Assembly (NCBI RefSeq): GCF_006345805.1
Contig: NC_043004.1
Span: 85,312,001-85,376,000, forward strand
DNA length: 64,000 nucleotides
Direction: 5' to 3'
Origin: Octopus sinensis
Taxonomy: Eukaryota
The position numbers were made by a program, and so were the translations under genes. Below are positions 1 to 14,775 of this stretch, piece after piece. The first letter of the stretch is position 1. Each line of letters opens with the position of its first letter. Below the pieces are notes generated by a model. The model did no database searches. It had not been told where the DNA came from and saw nothing but the letters and a program-made list of their open reading frames with translations.

Positions 1-70
1 TTCCAGGAATCGAAGCCACGATCTTACCACCATGATGCTGACACCCTAACCACTAAGCCACGCACCTCCA
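1..70 (-). mobile_element. tRNA-derived SINE head (continues off the left edge)
   Basis: Reverse complement reads tggaggtgcg-TGGCTTAGTGG-ttagg...ggcTTCGATTCC, i.e. Pol III A and B boxes; it does not fold as a full tRNA. Confidence 0.6.
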
Positions 71-519
71 TAAAAGTGTTTTAGGTCGCATTAAAATATC
101 ACAGCGTTGTAAGATATTCATTTCTTCTTGCATTTATAGATGCGTGTTGTTAACATATTCTTCCAAATAATTAGTTGTCAAACTCATTTACGTATTGCCC
201 ATTTTCCTCCATGAACTAATTACTGGAACTCAGAGAGAAATAAATGTATTCCACTTAAAGATTGGCTAGACTGAAACTATGTGAAATGGTAGTCCTGTTA
301 GCGGCGAGGGTGGTACATTTATCTTCAGCTAGGGATATAAATATGAGAGCTTATTTGCATCACAATTCCGTATGAGAGGTTCCCTCATGCAAACTATCGC
401 AGCATTATGGGTTCTAATTAAAAAAAAATAACGCCCATTTTCAAGTGAGAATAAATATTATCTTTTGACCTTAATACTGCTTATGTGTCCACTAAGTAAT
501 ATATATCTTACACCTTGTT

Positions 520-746
520 TTCTTCTTTTACTTTGGCCATGTCTGGGCACCGCGTTGAAAGGAATTTAGTCCAGCAAATTGACCCCTCCCCCCAGAGACT
601 TTTTAAAGCCTGGTACTAATTCTATCGATTTCTTTAGCTGAACCGCTAAGTTATAGGGACATAAACAAACAGAACTGGTCGTCAAATGGTAGTGGAAGGA
701 GAAACGCAGGCACGAAAACACAGAAATAAAGATACACTCACACACA

Positions 747-782
<36 letters not shown>

Positions 783-790
783 ACACACAT

Positions 791-824
<34 letters not shown>

Positions 825-866
825 GTATGTATGTACGTATGTATATGCACATACACACATACACAA

Positions 867-902
<36 letters not shown>

Positions 903-960
903 TCCCTAAGCAGATGCTATATGGGGAACTTGGAAATAGAAAGGGACCTCGGTAGAAACT
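520..960 (-). mobile_element. Degenerate composite SINE with internal (CA)n/(TA)n microsatellite
   Basis: 540-690 is the reverse complement of the 3' module seen at 3905-4116 (aacttagcggttc...gatagaattagtaccagg...gcggtgccc...catggcc); microsatellite at 730-900. Confidence 0.6.
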
Positions 961-2146
961 AAGTCTGCGATTTAAGGAATGTATTAAATCCTTATTAAAG
1001 GCCTATGATATGCAGGTGATTGACTGATAGAACAATGCCAGTCATTTTCACAGATGGACGAAGCAGGTTAAGGAGGGGTCGGAACTTTTAAAAGAGCACG
1101 TATTCAGCATGAAGAAAGCATGCTGCTCAAAAGCGCACTGCAGTTGTAGTGAATGGGGAAAGCTTGGATTGCAATGTTTGCACTTGTGTATGCTTGTAAA
1201 GAGTAGGGCTCATTAACAACCAACGGAGCCGCAAATGCAAAATACAAATTAGTCCTAGAACGCACAATGTTCTTGAAGGTCAGTAATGGTCATCCTCCAT
1301 CACGAGTGGACGGCCCTGATCGCTCCAATACTCCAAGACGTCTGAAGTGGATTTGGTATTAATCTTTATTTTGTACAACGGACGTTTCTACACATCCTGC
1401 TACTGTTCCTTATGGGTGGAACTCCTTTCACCATGTTGTGTTGCATCAATTTTGCAGTATGTGTTTTATCAGTGATACATATTCATACAGGTCTGGTTTT
1501 CACTAAAGTTCCTGAGGTTTGGCTGTGAAGTTGTTATGTGCCCGTCTTTCAATAAAAGTTGCAAATACTTCTAATTTTAAACAAATAGTCGCAAGGGTAG
1601 CTATGTGGTAAGTAATTTGCATACCCGACATAGTGTTTGTCAGTTACTTCCGTGAAAGAGAACAGTCAAGACGTGCTGTGAAGCCGTCCTGAAAAATTGA
1701 AAGATTTGACGTACGAGCACAGGTAAGGCATTTGTCTTATTTGGGAGCTCAGTGGGGGTTGTTGCTTATATTGAATTATTTTTTTCCAACAAGGGTCTCC
1801 ACCGTGTTCCAGGCATTTGTCTGCCAGTTGTACTTTATAGTGAGAATTGTGTTTGATTTAGGAGGCGTATCCCCTCCCAAAAAATTTTGTTTTGAAAATT
1901 GTCTATGCCTGGGATATTACGTTGGATTTAACACCGTGGATTACCATTTGAAACAGAAGAAAATAGAATTTTCGCTGCAACTTCAATAAGTGGATTACTT
2001 GAGAAGTGGAGTAGCGGAATTTTTGCCATGTTGAACTGTCTTCCATCGTTCTTTCTTCTCTAGTCTGTCTTTTTGCTCTGTGTTTTTTTTTGTTTATATT
2101 GATTTGAACATTTTGAACTTGTTACATTTTGTTTTCTATCATTTAT

Positions 2147-3656
2147 ATGGCAACAAAGACCGAAAAAAAGACTCCCTTGGAGTGACGAATAATGGCCCAC
2201 AAGGAATGGGCTGAAAATTATACGGAGAGAACGGTAGTTTTAAGAACCTACTCTAAGTTCCTTGACATCATCTCTGTCTTCTCCCATAACAATATCGAAA
2301 ATGAGTTGGCAGGGTACCTGCCAAATTTTTGGTTTACTCGCAGGGGTGCAAACTACGCAACGGTGTGTGTGATTTTCGACACCCCTGCGAAGGCTCAAAA
2401 ATTTGTGAGCCAGCCCATTGAAGGGGAGAAAAATTTGGTTTCTCACCGCATATGGTGAGAGAAATTGACAAGAGACTGCATTTGTGGGCTGCCACCAGGA
2501 ATAGAAACTGAATGGATAGAAGATACTATCCGTCGGGGTCTGGATGGTGGCCCTGAGAGACTCTTAAATGTAAAAAGTTTGCCAGCGGCTGAATGGGTCG
2601 AGTGAAAATCAATTTTGACCTTATGGTCTCAATCAGCCGATGACCTGGTTCTACCAGATTTTTTAACATTTGCCTGTACACGCTGATAGTTGAGGCACGC
2701 CCCCACCCCAAGTGTCACCTGTGCCTGGAATTGGGCACAGGTGAACTGTCGCCGGAAATAGACAAAGGTCCTAGAACAGTTAATTTATAAAAAACTCCCT
2801 CTTCCCCCAACGGAGCACCCTGCTCCTTCATTGGAGTGAGAGAGGGAGAAAGTCAAGTAGAAGGTGACCTTCTCGAAAAAAGAATAAAAAGAAAGGTCGG
2901 CAACAATAGTTGCCCACCGATGGGTCCCGAGGCGGCAAGAGAGAAGGAGGGATCTACGGACAAGCCGGAGGAACCGCCCGCTATGAAGATGAGAAAAAAA
3001 AACAAATAAAAAACGAGGCATCGCCAGCAGCGGCATGCCCCGAAACCCGGAGGGATGTGTACAACCAGTGGAGGAGAAGAAGGAAACCTTGTCGGTGAGA
3101 TGAGTGCCACCGATCTAAGGAGTTGATGCCCCTCCCGATTAAAGAGTGGAAGAATTTGTTTTCTATCGCAGGGGAGAGGCCATTGATAGTTATGTGGAAA
3201 ATATCCTTGGTAGACGGGGACTAATAGACCCGACTTTTATTTAACAGACTAGTGACTACTCTGGTACTGGAAAGAAAGGACTTTTTTCATATGTCAGGCT
3301 CCTTCCCAAGAGAGGATTATAGATTACTTTTTTTGGGCCCCGATTTGCGGATGCAAGGATGCCTGCAGGCCACAAGAGAGTTAATCGAGGACGTGAGGTA
3401 ATTGTGTTTTTAATTGTAATGGACTTGTTAGTCCAAAGAAATTGTAAAACATTGTAAATTGTAACAGGGTTATTACCTCAAGATGGGTCTTATTAAAAGA
3501 ACAATGTTATAGAGAAGCAGAGGTCGGCGGGCGCTTTCTGTCTTCTCCCATCCTAACCATATTGTATCATTATCACTTGCCTCATCAATGTCTTGTCCAG
3601 CCCACAAAGCTACTCATATTTGTACTGCCTCTATGGAAAATGAAATGAATAAAAAT
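2147..3656 (+). pseudogene. Decayed LINE ORF1 (gag-like, CCHC knuckle), no ORF2 following
   Basis: ATG at 2147 followed by stops and frameshifts. LIVEARPHPK-CHLC-LELG-H knuckle at about 2690-2750, then a K/E-rich linker, an AT-rich 3' region and AATAAA near 3648. Confidence 0.6.
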
Positions 3657-3817
3657 TGCTTGATTACCAGCCACAGGATTCCAGGTTCAGTCCCACTGCG
3701 TGGCAACTTGGGCAAGTGTCTTCTACTATAGCTCCGAGCCGACCAAAGACTTGTGAAAGGATTTGGTGGACGGAAACTGAAAGACGCCTGTTGTATATAT
3801 GTGTATATATATAATAT

Positions 3818-3854
<37 letters not shown>

Positions 3855-4116
3855 GTATGTATGTATGTATGTATGTATGTATGTATGTATGTGTGTGTGT
3901 ATATGTTTGTGTGTCTCTGTTAGCCTCCCAACATCGCTTGACAGCAGATACTAGTGTGTTTACGTCCCCGTCACTTAGCGTTTCGGCAAAATATACCGAT
4001 AGAATAAGAACTAGGCTTACAAAAAGTAAGTCCTGGGGTCGATTTCTTCGATTAAAGGCGGTACTCCAGCATGGCCACAGTCAAATGATTGAAACATGTG
4101 AAAGAGTAAAGAGTAA
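3656..4116 (+). mobile_element. Composite tRNA-SINE (CORE-like 5' module + microsatellite + 3' module)
   Basis: ggttcagtcccactgcgtggc, cttgggcaagtgtcttctactatagc, internal (TA)n(TATG)n, 3' module and (GTAAAGA)n tail; homologous copies elsewhere in the window. Confidence 0.85.
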
Positions 4117-4415
4117 ATAATTGATGATATTTTATCTCGTAGTGACTTGTGTACAAACATCCTTATTTTGAAATAAAACAGACCATGTGCTGAGAGCTTA
4201 AACATTGTTGAGAGAGACAACGTATTTTATATATACCTGCCTAGCCTCGTGTCTTCATAGCAACAAACTATTAGTAGCTCTTATCTTTATATTGTGTACA
4301 TTAAATAATATTTATCTCTTACTGGATGGAGTACCTGTGTTCTTGATTTCACCTTACATGAACAAGAACCTGTGTTTGTGTGCATGTGTATAAGTATATA
4401 TCATATTATACATGT

Positions 4416-4484
<69 letters not shown>

Positions 4485-5018
4485 TACACATATTTATATA
4501 TTTATTTATTTATATGTACATATATTTATATCTACATATATCTATATTTATATATATATGTTTATTTATATATACACACACACACATATGTATATGTATA
4601 TGTATATGTATATATGTGTGTGTGTGTGCGTGTATAGTAAATAAGTAACATGTATATCCGTATGTATATATATATATATATCTGAATGTATATATGTACA
4701 TGTATACACACACACATTTATATATTTGTGTATATAGGCGAATATTTATCATATTACAGTAACATCATCCAAAAGAGACAATGGAAATTTCTTAATAGAC
4801 ATTATCGCTTTTGATGTCTCGTCCAACGCAACTTAAAAGCAAATATACAGACATGTTAGAAAGAAAATATTTACTCCAAACATACGATACTACCATCTTG
4901 TAAATGATGTGTAGAATTATCGGTCTAAATGTTGGATTCTACCGCTTTCGACAGCGTTATAATCGCTACTAACTGTAATATGCAGATGCTTACTTGCCTA
5001 CAATCCAATCCTAAATAT

Positions 5019-5059
<41 letters not shown>

Positions 5060-5060
<1 letters not shown>

Positions 5061-5300
5061 TAGCAGAGATACCCGGCGTTGCCCGTGTTACATACACTTG
5101 AAGAATTGGACTTTTGTTATATTTTCTCTAATGAACCGGAATATCTATGTTTCGAATTTCATTAAAATTGCAGATGGGAGTTATTTCCCTCTTTACACAC
5201 CCAAACAAAATTGTAATCGTGCCACATATATCCCATACTACTGATTTGTATGCGCATATTCCAAAATTCCAGTCTTATTGAACCTGTTAAAAAGATTTTG
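5060..5300 (-). mobile_element. Non-autonomous Helitron, 3' terminus (5' end not located)
   Basis: On minus, hairpin acacgggcaacgccgggt then CTAG|T at 5060-5063, next to (TA)n; same terminus as 22322 and 47456. Confidence 0.55.
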
Positions 5301-5589
5301 CTCCTGAAAAACGAAGGTCATGGAGCTCTAAAATGTGAGAGTTAAAGCCCCTTTTGGGGGTGGGCATCTTAATGTCAACCAGAGAAGTTGAATTGTTAAG
5401 AATTTTAAAAACTGGTCAGAAGAAATTTACAATATCTAAATGTCTTTGAATAAACAGTCACTCATCTGGGAGAGCCTTGAAATCAATGTTACCATCTGGG
5501 GACTATGTGTGACCGAGTGATAAAAAGACTGAAAGGAGCTCTACAATCAAATACATTGCAATCTGCGTGACTGGAGCGAGACCTAACCT

Positions 5590-5725
5590 GCATCAATTTG
5601 CCATGCGCGAGATGACAACGAGGCTCGCAATGGCAAACTCTATATAAGGGCAAAACAGAAACAGATTCTTTCTTTTCTCTCCGCTTCTTCGGAGCGGCGC
5701 TTGCTGAGCACACTTCATTGGCTGG
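5590..5725 (-). promoter_or_regulatory. Candidate Pol II core promoter (CCAAT + TATA/CArG-like)
   Basis: AGCCAATGA at 5715-5723 (minus), TATATA at 5641-5646 within CCTTATATAG, in locally CpG-rich unique sequence; orientation uncertain. Confidence 0.35.
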
Positions 5726-6348
5726 GCCTCTGCCTGCGTGTGTGTGAGTGTCTGTGTGTGTGTGGCTGTGTGTGTGTGGTTGTGTGTGTGTATGTGTGTG
5801 TGTTTGTAGAGGCGGAAAGAGTAGTCTATACCATATTTCTAATAATTCATTATTCTAGATTTACCCTCTGCGTTTAAATACTGCTGAGAACTTTTCATTT
5901 CGATCTTCGTCGTAGATAAAAAGAGCAGCATCTGAGTACCTGATGGTGAAGTACTCAACTAGTGCCTCCCGCCGAAATTGCTGGCCTGGCTTGAGCCGCT
6001 GCTCTCCGTTTGACATTGGGTGCACCAGGCAGACTACGACTCAGTATGGACATTCTCATATATATACATCAGTGTTTATGTGTTTGTGTATGTATGTTTG
6101 TATGAGTGTATAGAAATGAAGAGTTGATGGTTCACATGAATGTTATCTCAACATTCAAAGGCATCTTAAATACGTACCTACTCTTTCAACTTTTGTCAGC
6201 TTATTCGTCGGTGTGCGTATTCTAGTGAGTCTTTTGAAGTGTTTATTTTTTTTACTCTGCACTATGACGTGTACATATGTAACATAAGCATAACCAACAT
6301 TCCAACCCTACCAGTGCGTTTCCCTTTACAGTACATCAGTCACTAGCA

Positions 6349-7195
6349 AAGGCGGTGCGTTGGCAGAAACGTTACCACGCCGGGCAAAATGCTTCGCGTT
6401 ACTCGTCTGCCACTATGTTCTAAGTTCAAATTCCACTGAGATTGACTTTGCCTTTCATCGATCCGGGGTCGATTAAACAAGCACCAATTAGGCATTGGGT
6501 CCGATATAATCGACTTAATCCGTTTGTGTGCCTGTGTTTGTCCCCCTCTGCGTATAGCCCCTTGTGGGCAGTAAAGAAATAAGAAACGTTAGCACGCCGG
6601 ACGAAATGCTTAGGAAATGCGGCATTTACATTCTGTCTTTATATTCTGAGTTCACATTCCACCGAGGTCGACTTTGCCTTTCATCATTTCGGGGTCGATA
6701 AATTAAGTAACATTTGCGCACTGGAGTCGATCGAATTGACTGGCCACCTGCCCCAAAATTTCGGGCCTTGTGCCCAGAGTAGAAAAGAATATCCAGTCAT
6801 TAACAAAGGAGGCGAGTTGGCAGAAACGTTAGCATGCCGGGCGGAATGCTTAGCGGTATTTCGTCTACCGCTACGTTCTGAGTTCAAATTCCGCCGAGAT
6901 CGTTTCGGGGTCGATTAAATAAGTACCAGTTACGCACTTGGGTCGATATAATCGACTTAATCCGTTTGTCTGTCCTTGTTTGTCCTCTCTGTGTTTAGCC
7001 CCTTGTGGGTAGTAAAGAATTTGGTATTTCGTTTGTCTTTATGTTCTGATTTAAAATTCCGCCGAGGTTGACTTTGCCTTTCATCCTTTCGAGGTTGATA
7101 AATTAAGTACCAGCTGCATACTGAGATTGATCTAACTGACTAGCCAATTCCCCCAAAATTTCGGCTTGTGCCCGAAGTGGAAAACAAAAGAATAT
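6349..7195 (+). mobile_element. Tandem array of four Nin/Deu-like SINE units
   Basis: Repeated aaggcgg..ggcagaaacgttagc..ttctgagttcaaattccgccgaggtcgactttgcctttcatc..ggggtcgataaattaagtacc; units joined head-to-tail. Confidence 0.85.
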
Positions 7196-7245
7196 CGAGT
7201 CACTGACAGACGAATGAATAAACGCTTTTTAAAATGTAAACCATT

Positions 7246-7885
7246 TCATCCAAAATACTTTATACACGTGTTTATGTGTTTGTGGTAGCATGAGTTGAAT
7301 AATAGGTATTGTTTAGAATCTGTGGGTTTATAGAAGATCTTTGATTGGATTTGGTTATTAACTATTTCAATTAAGATGTAAAGAAAACGGAGTTGTTTAC
7401 TGCAGTGCTCCACGGTGAAGTTTATGTTGCTATTAATATTGTTAAGTATTATTTTGAAATCGAGGAGTATAAAGCAATCGTCCAAATACCTCTTCCAGTT
7501 CTCCTTTGAATAGCAATAAAATATGATACTATATTTTTGTAGTGATGATTGATATATTTTTAGCTCTAAGTTACCCATTACAAGGTTCGCAATCAGTGGA
7601 TCAGTTCGGGTTCCCATTGCAATTACACATTTTTCTCGATAGAAAACTGTATCGAACTATTTCGAATAGTTGTTCAGTATGATGAATTTGAGTGCTTCTG
7701 TGGTTAATGCGTCCTGGGATCACTTCTGGGTATTTTTCTAGCCTGAATGTGATCGCTTCTATATCATAAACATGTGGAAAACTAGTGTACAGATTCACCA
7801 CATCGAATGATACTAACAGGGTTCCTTCATTTATTCTCTTCGGGAGGGGTTTCAGCATATCTAAGTCATCCCTGATGAAACTTTT
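7246..7885 (-). pseudogene. Penelope-like element reverse transcriptase relic
   Basis: LVSFDVVNLYTSFP, MGTRTDPLIANLVMGNLE, WKRYLDDCF, INFTVE, FYKPTDSKQYLLFNS match the PLE RT motif order; frameshifted. Confidence 0.8.
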
Positions 7886-7976
7886 CACATATACAAGCAA
7901 ACATATACACGTATACACACACTCACACACACACGCACACTCATATCTAAATGTATATGTATATATATATATATAT

Positions 7977-7990
7977 AGATAGATAGATAG

Positions 7991-8044
<54 letters not shown>

Positions 8045-8045
8045 G

Positions 8046-8094
<49 letters not shown>

Positions 8095-8189
8095 GGATGG
8101 ATGCATAGACAGTCAGACAGATCGATAGATAGCTAGCTAGGTAGATTGATAGATTGATTGATTGACAAAGATATAGACAGACATTAGAC

Positions 8190-8223
<34 letters not shown>

Positions 8224-8349
8224 TAAGATAGACAGATAGGCAGATAGACAGACATGTAGTTAGATGGATACAAAGATAGAAAGACAGATAGTCAGACATA
8301 CAGATGTATAGTTAGATAGATAGATAGATAGATAGGTAGATAGATAGAT
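7977..8349. repeat. (GATA)n array with GACA/GATG variants
   Basis: Direct reading. Confidence 0.95.
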
Positions 8350-8713
8350 ATGTTTCTTTATTAGCCACACAGGGCTGCACACAGATAGAACAAATTACAA
8401 GGTAGAGCTTTTCTTTTGAAGGTTTAAAAAAAAAAAAAAAAAAAAAAATGGGAAAGGGGAGTTCGATCAAAAGGGATCGTAAAAGGAGAGAAAGAGGACA
8501 AAAAAAAGGGGGGTTAAAAAAAAAAAAAAAAAGGGGGGGGGGGGGGGGGAGGAAAAAGAAATTGATCAATAGGATCGTTATCACAGAATGTCAATATGAA
8601 GTGTAAAGGGGAGGACAGGTGAGGTTTACCCGTGGAAAGAAAAGCCTACGGAAAAGACCACGGTAACCTCGGTCAATGAAGTCACATTTTATATTTCTTT
8701 TTTTTTTTTTTTT

Positions 8714-8714
<1 letters not shown>
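8350..8714 (-). mobile_element. Second, 3'UTR-only copy of the Tx1-type LINE
   Basis: Near-identical to 9003-9359; differs by a few substitutions and in homopolymer lengths. Confidence 0.85.
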
Positions 8715-8768
<54 letters not shown>

Positions 8769-8798
8769 ATGGATAGATAGATAGATAAATGGATAGAT

Positions 8799-8855
<57 letters not shown>

Positions 8856-8971
8856 TATAGATAGATAGATAGATAGATAAATGGATAGATAGATAGATAG
8901 ATAGATGGATAGATGGATAGATAGATAGATAGATAGATAGATAAATGGATAGATAGATAGATAGATAGATG

Positions 8972-9002
<31 letters not shown>
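8715..9002. repeat. (GATA)n array
   Basis: Direct reading. Confidence 0.95.
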
Positions 9003-12142
<3,140 letters not shown>

Positions 12143-12871
12143 TGTACATACATACATACATACATATATACATAGATGCAATCATATATAATGATGGGAA
12201 CAAAACGCTGTACTAATGAGTTTGTGTGCTATTGATCAAATGTAAATACTTCTGGTATGAACGTGTGATATCATAGAAACCAATCTACGGCCGGCAGCTA
12301 TAATCAGTATGCTATTTTTCGGCGGATGTAAACACTGATGCAGTAAATACTTTTATGACTATTATCATTATAATTATTGGTATTTTATTTTTGAGACACG
12401 AGCAACATATAATTATGAAGATGTAGGTATTCGTGTATGTCATACGATAAGATGAAACGCATCGATAAAGTGCGTTTATCCAAGTAATGAATAGCAAATT
12501 CTCCCTCAAGAATTGTTTATATATCAGAAGAAATACTTGTGCATGAGATAACGTCCATCTCATCAGGTTAGTTAAAATTTTGGATAATATTAATGTTACA
12601 GCAAAGATTGCTTTTAGCCCTTAATTCCTGTAAACACAGAGGACCTCTTTCTGTGTTGAGATAATATTAAAGTTACAGCAAATATTGCTTTTAGCCCTTA
12701 AGTCCAGTCTCGTTGGTATCTATTCTGTTAAGTATAATCTAGATAAGATTAAGAGCGAATAATACATAGTAAGACAAGGAGAATGCGATTGCAATTAGAA
12801 ATGCAAAATTTATATTCAGATGTAGACACAGGCATGTCTGTGAGCTAAGAAACTGAAGGAAGTCCGGCGTA

Positions 12872-13000
12872 TACATAGAGTGACCCAAAACAAGGTTTAC
12901 AGATATCAACTAGGAACTTTAAGTTTCTATTAAGGCATGTTATTATATTTAAATTTCTATCTTACAATTAAATAAATTGGCATAGAATAATGGTTTCATA

Positions 13001-13031
<31 letters not shown>

Positions 13032-13158
13032 GTTTTTGTTGTTGTTGTTTTTGTTTATTCTTATTTTGTTCATGTATAATTAAGATCTAAGCTGTCAATA
13101 TATGAATGCGATAAAGATTGGTGAATAACTGTAAAATCTACTTTAGAACCACCCTGTA
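12872..13158. mobile_element. Degenerate Tc1/mariner-type MITE
   Basis: Left end tacatagagtgacccaaaacaaggtttacag resembles the reverse complement of the right end (tacagggtggttctaaagtagattttacag); TA at both ends. Confidence 0.4.
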
Positions 13159-13169
13159 TGTGTGTGTAT

Positions 13170-13420
13170 GTGTTTATACGAGTGTGCGTGCGCGTGTGTG
13201 TGTGCGTCTATGTGTGTATGTATGTGTGTGTGTCCCATCGCTGCTTGACTAGTGGTGTCGGTGTGTTTACATCCTAGTAAGTTAACGATTCGGCAACAGT
13301 GTCCGATAGACTAAGTACCAGGCTTAATTATATAATTACTGGGGTTCATGCTTGCAAATAAATGTTTGCAGAAGCTGCCCCAGCATGGCTGCAGTTTATT
13401 GAGTGGCACTAGTAAATGAT
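13170..13420 (+). mobile_element. 3' half of composite SINE after a (TG)n tract
   Basis: catcgctgcttgac..ggtgtgtttac..gttcatgc..gctgccccagcatggctgcag, homologous to 3905-4116. Confidence 0.65.
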
Positions 13421-13615
13421 AAACGACACAATATTTCAGGTGTGAATTGATTTGTAAATACAAATGCATTAAGGTTTCATAAATAATATAACAATTTGAA
13501 GAGGATCTTTCTAAACTAACCCAGCAATGAATGCACAAAACACATGACACATAACTTAGATACAATCACTACTACACCTGCCGATGGTTTATTAATTAAT
13601 TAATTTACTTATTTA

Positions 13616-13918
13616 CATGTTGGCTCAGTGGTTAGAGCGTCGAGCTTACGATCGTGAGGTTGTGAGCTCGAATCCTGGACCGGGCTGCGTGTTGTGTTCT
13701 TGAGCAAGGCACTTTATTTCACGTTGCTCTAGTTCACTCAACTGTAGAAATGAGTTGCGACGTCACAGGTGCCAAGCTGTATCGGCCCCTTTGCCTTTCC
13801 TTTGGATAACACTGGTGGCGTGGAGAGGGGAGGCTGGTATGCATGGGCGACTGCTGGTCTTCCATAAACAACCTTGCCCGGACTTGTGTCTAGGAGGGTA
13901 ACTTTCTAGGTGCAATCC
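13616..13918 (+). mobile_element. tRNA-derived SINE, separate family
   Basis: A box TGGCTCAGTGG, B-box-like gagctcgaatcc, body ttgtgttcttgagcaaggcac; its 3' half recurs at 35988-36182. Confidence 0.8.
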
Positions 13919-14014
13919 TTATTCATTTTCCTATAATAATAAACGTGTTGTTTCTTATGTACAAAGTCATGTATGTATGTACCTATCCATCCCAAAATAT
14001 ATTCCGGCAGATCC

Positions 14015-14052
14015 CGTTCGGATCAGCCGAACGTTAATATATTAATCGCTAG
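14015..14052 (+). mobile_element. Helitron-like 3' terminus
   Basis: Hairpin cgttcgg-atcag-ccgaacg followed 15 nt later by CTAG|T. Confidence 0.35.
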
Positions 14053-14698
14053 TGTATATCTTTATCCATTCTCCCTGTAGACGATATCGGTTCATAATTC
14101 ACTTCATTCAGTGGTGCAGAATTTTTATCTTGCTATAAGTTTTCATTCATAGCAACCTGTGAATCAGTGAATGAAATAACCAAAATTGGTGGCTCTCATT
14201 TACAGAAATTCGCAACTAAATTATATGGTGATATGTGCTGATGTACGCTAAACGTATTACTGTCTTTTTTAACATAGATTAAATTGTTGCTATTAAAGCT
14301 GGGTATAAACTGTATAGGCTATTCACACTTGCTGTTTATCATTGCAAACTTAACGTAATTCATATTGAATATTCGATATAGAGTATCAATATTGTAAAGA
14401 AATAAAAGACCATCTTTTAAAGACATTCTCAAAAACATAGTCAAATGAGCCTCCAGTACTACGGTATGATATACCCTATGAGTTAATTCACTGAGATTAC
14501 CTAAATGTTAAATTATCTGAACATGATTGGAAACATTTCAAGAACAAAATAGTTCTATAAATATTATAATATTCTTATCCAATAACCACGAGGTTCTAAT
14601 TACGTCATTCCTGGCATTCATGTGCAGAAGAATTATGATTCGCAAATGCTTGCTCTGATTTATATATAATATATGCATCGCGAGAGTAACTTTTTAAA

Positions 14699-14775
14699 TG
14701 GCGGTGCCCCAGCATGGCCACAGCTCGTGAGCTGAAACTAGAATCAATCAATCAGTCAATCAATCAATCAATACA
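14699..14775 (+). mobile_element. Isolated retroposon 3' tail with (AATC)n end
   Basis: ggcggtgccccagcatggccacag..gctgaaac matches the tail of the composite SINE. Confidence 0.55.

Noticed and set aside
1040-1480. Possible mariner N-terminal HTH remnants (RW.KQ.KEG; LE..RSG.P-like)
   Set aside because: Needs several frameshifts, and no TIR or catalytic domain is nearby; too decayed to support.
13616-13690. tRNA genes at SINE heads (also 1-70, 35676, 55469)
   Set aside because: A and B boxes are present but there is no complete cloverleaf, and each continues into a SINE body.
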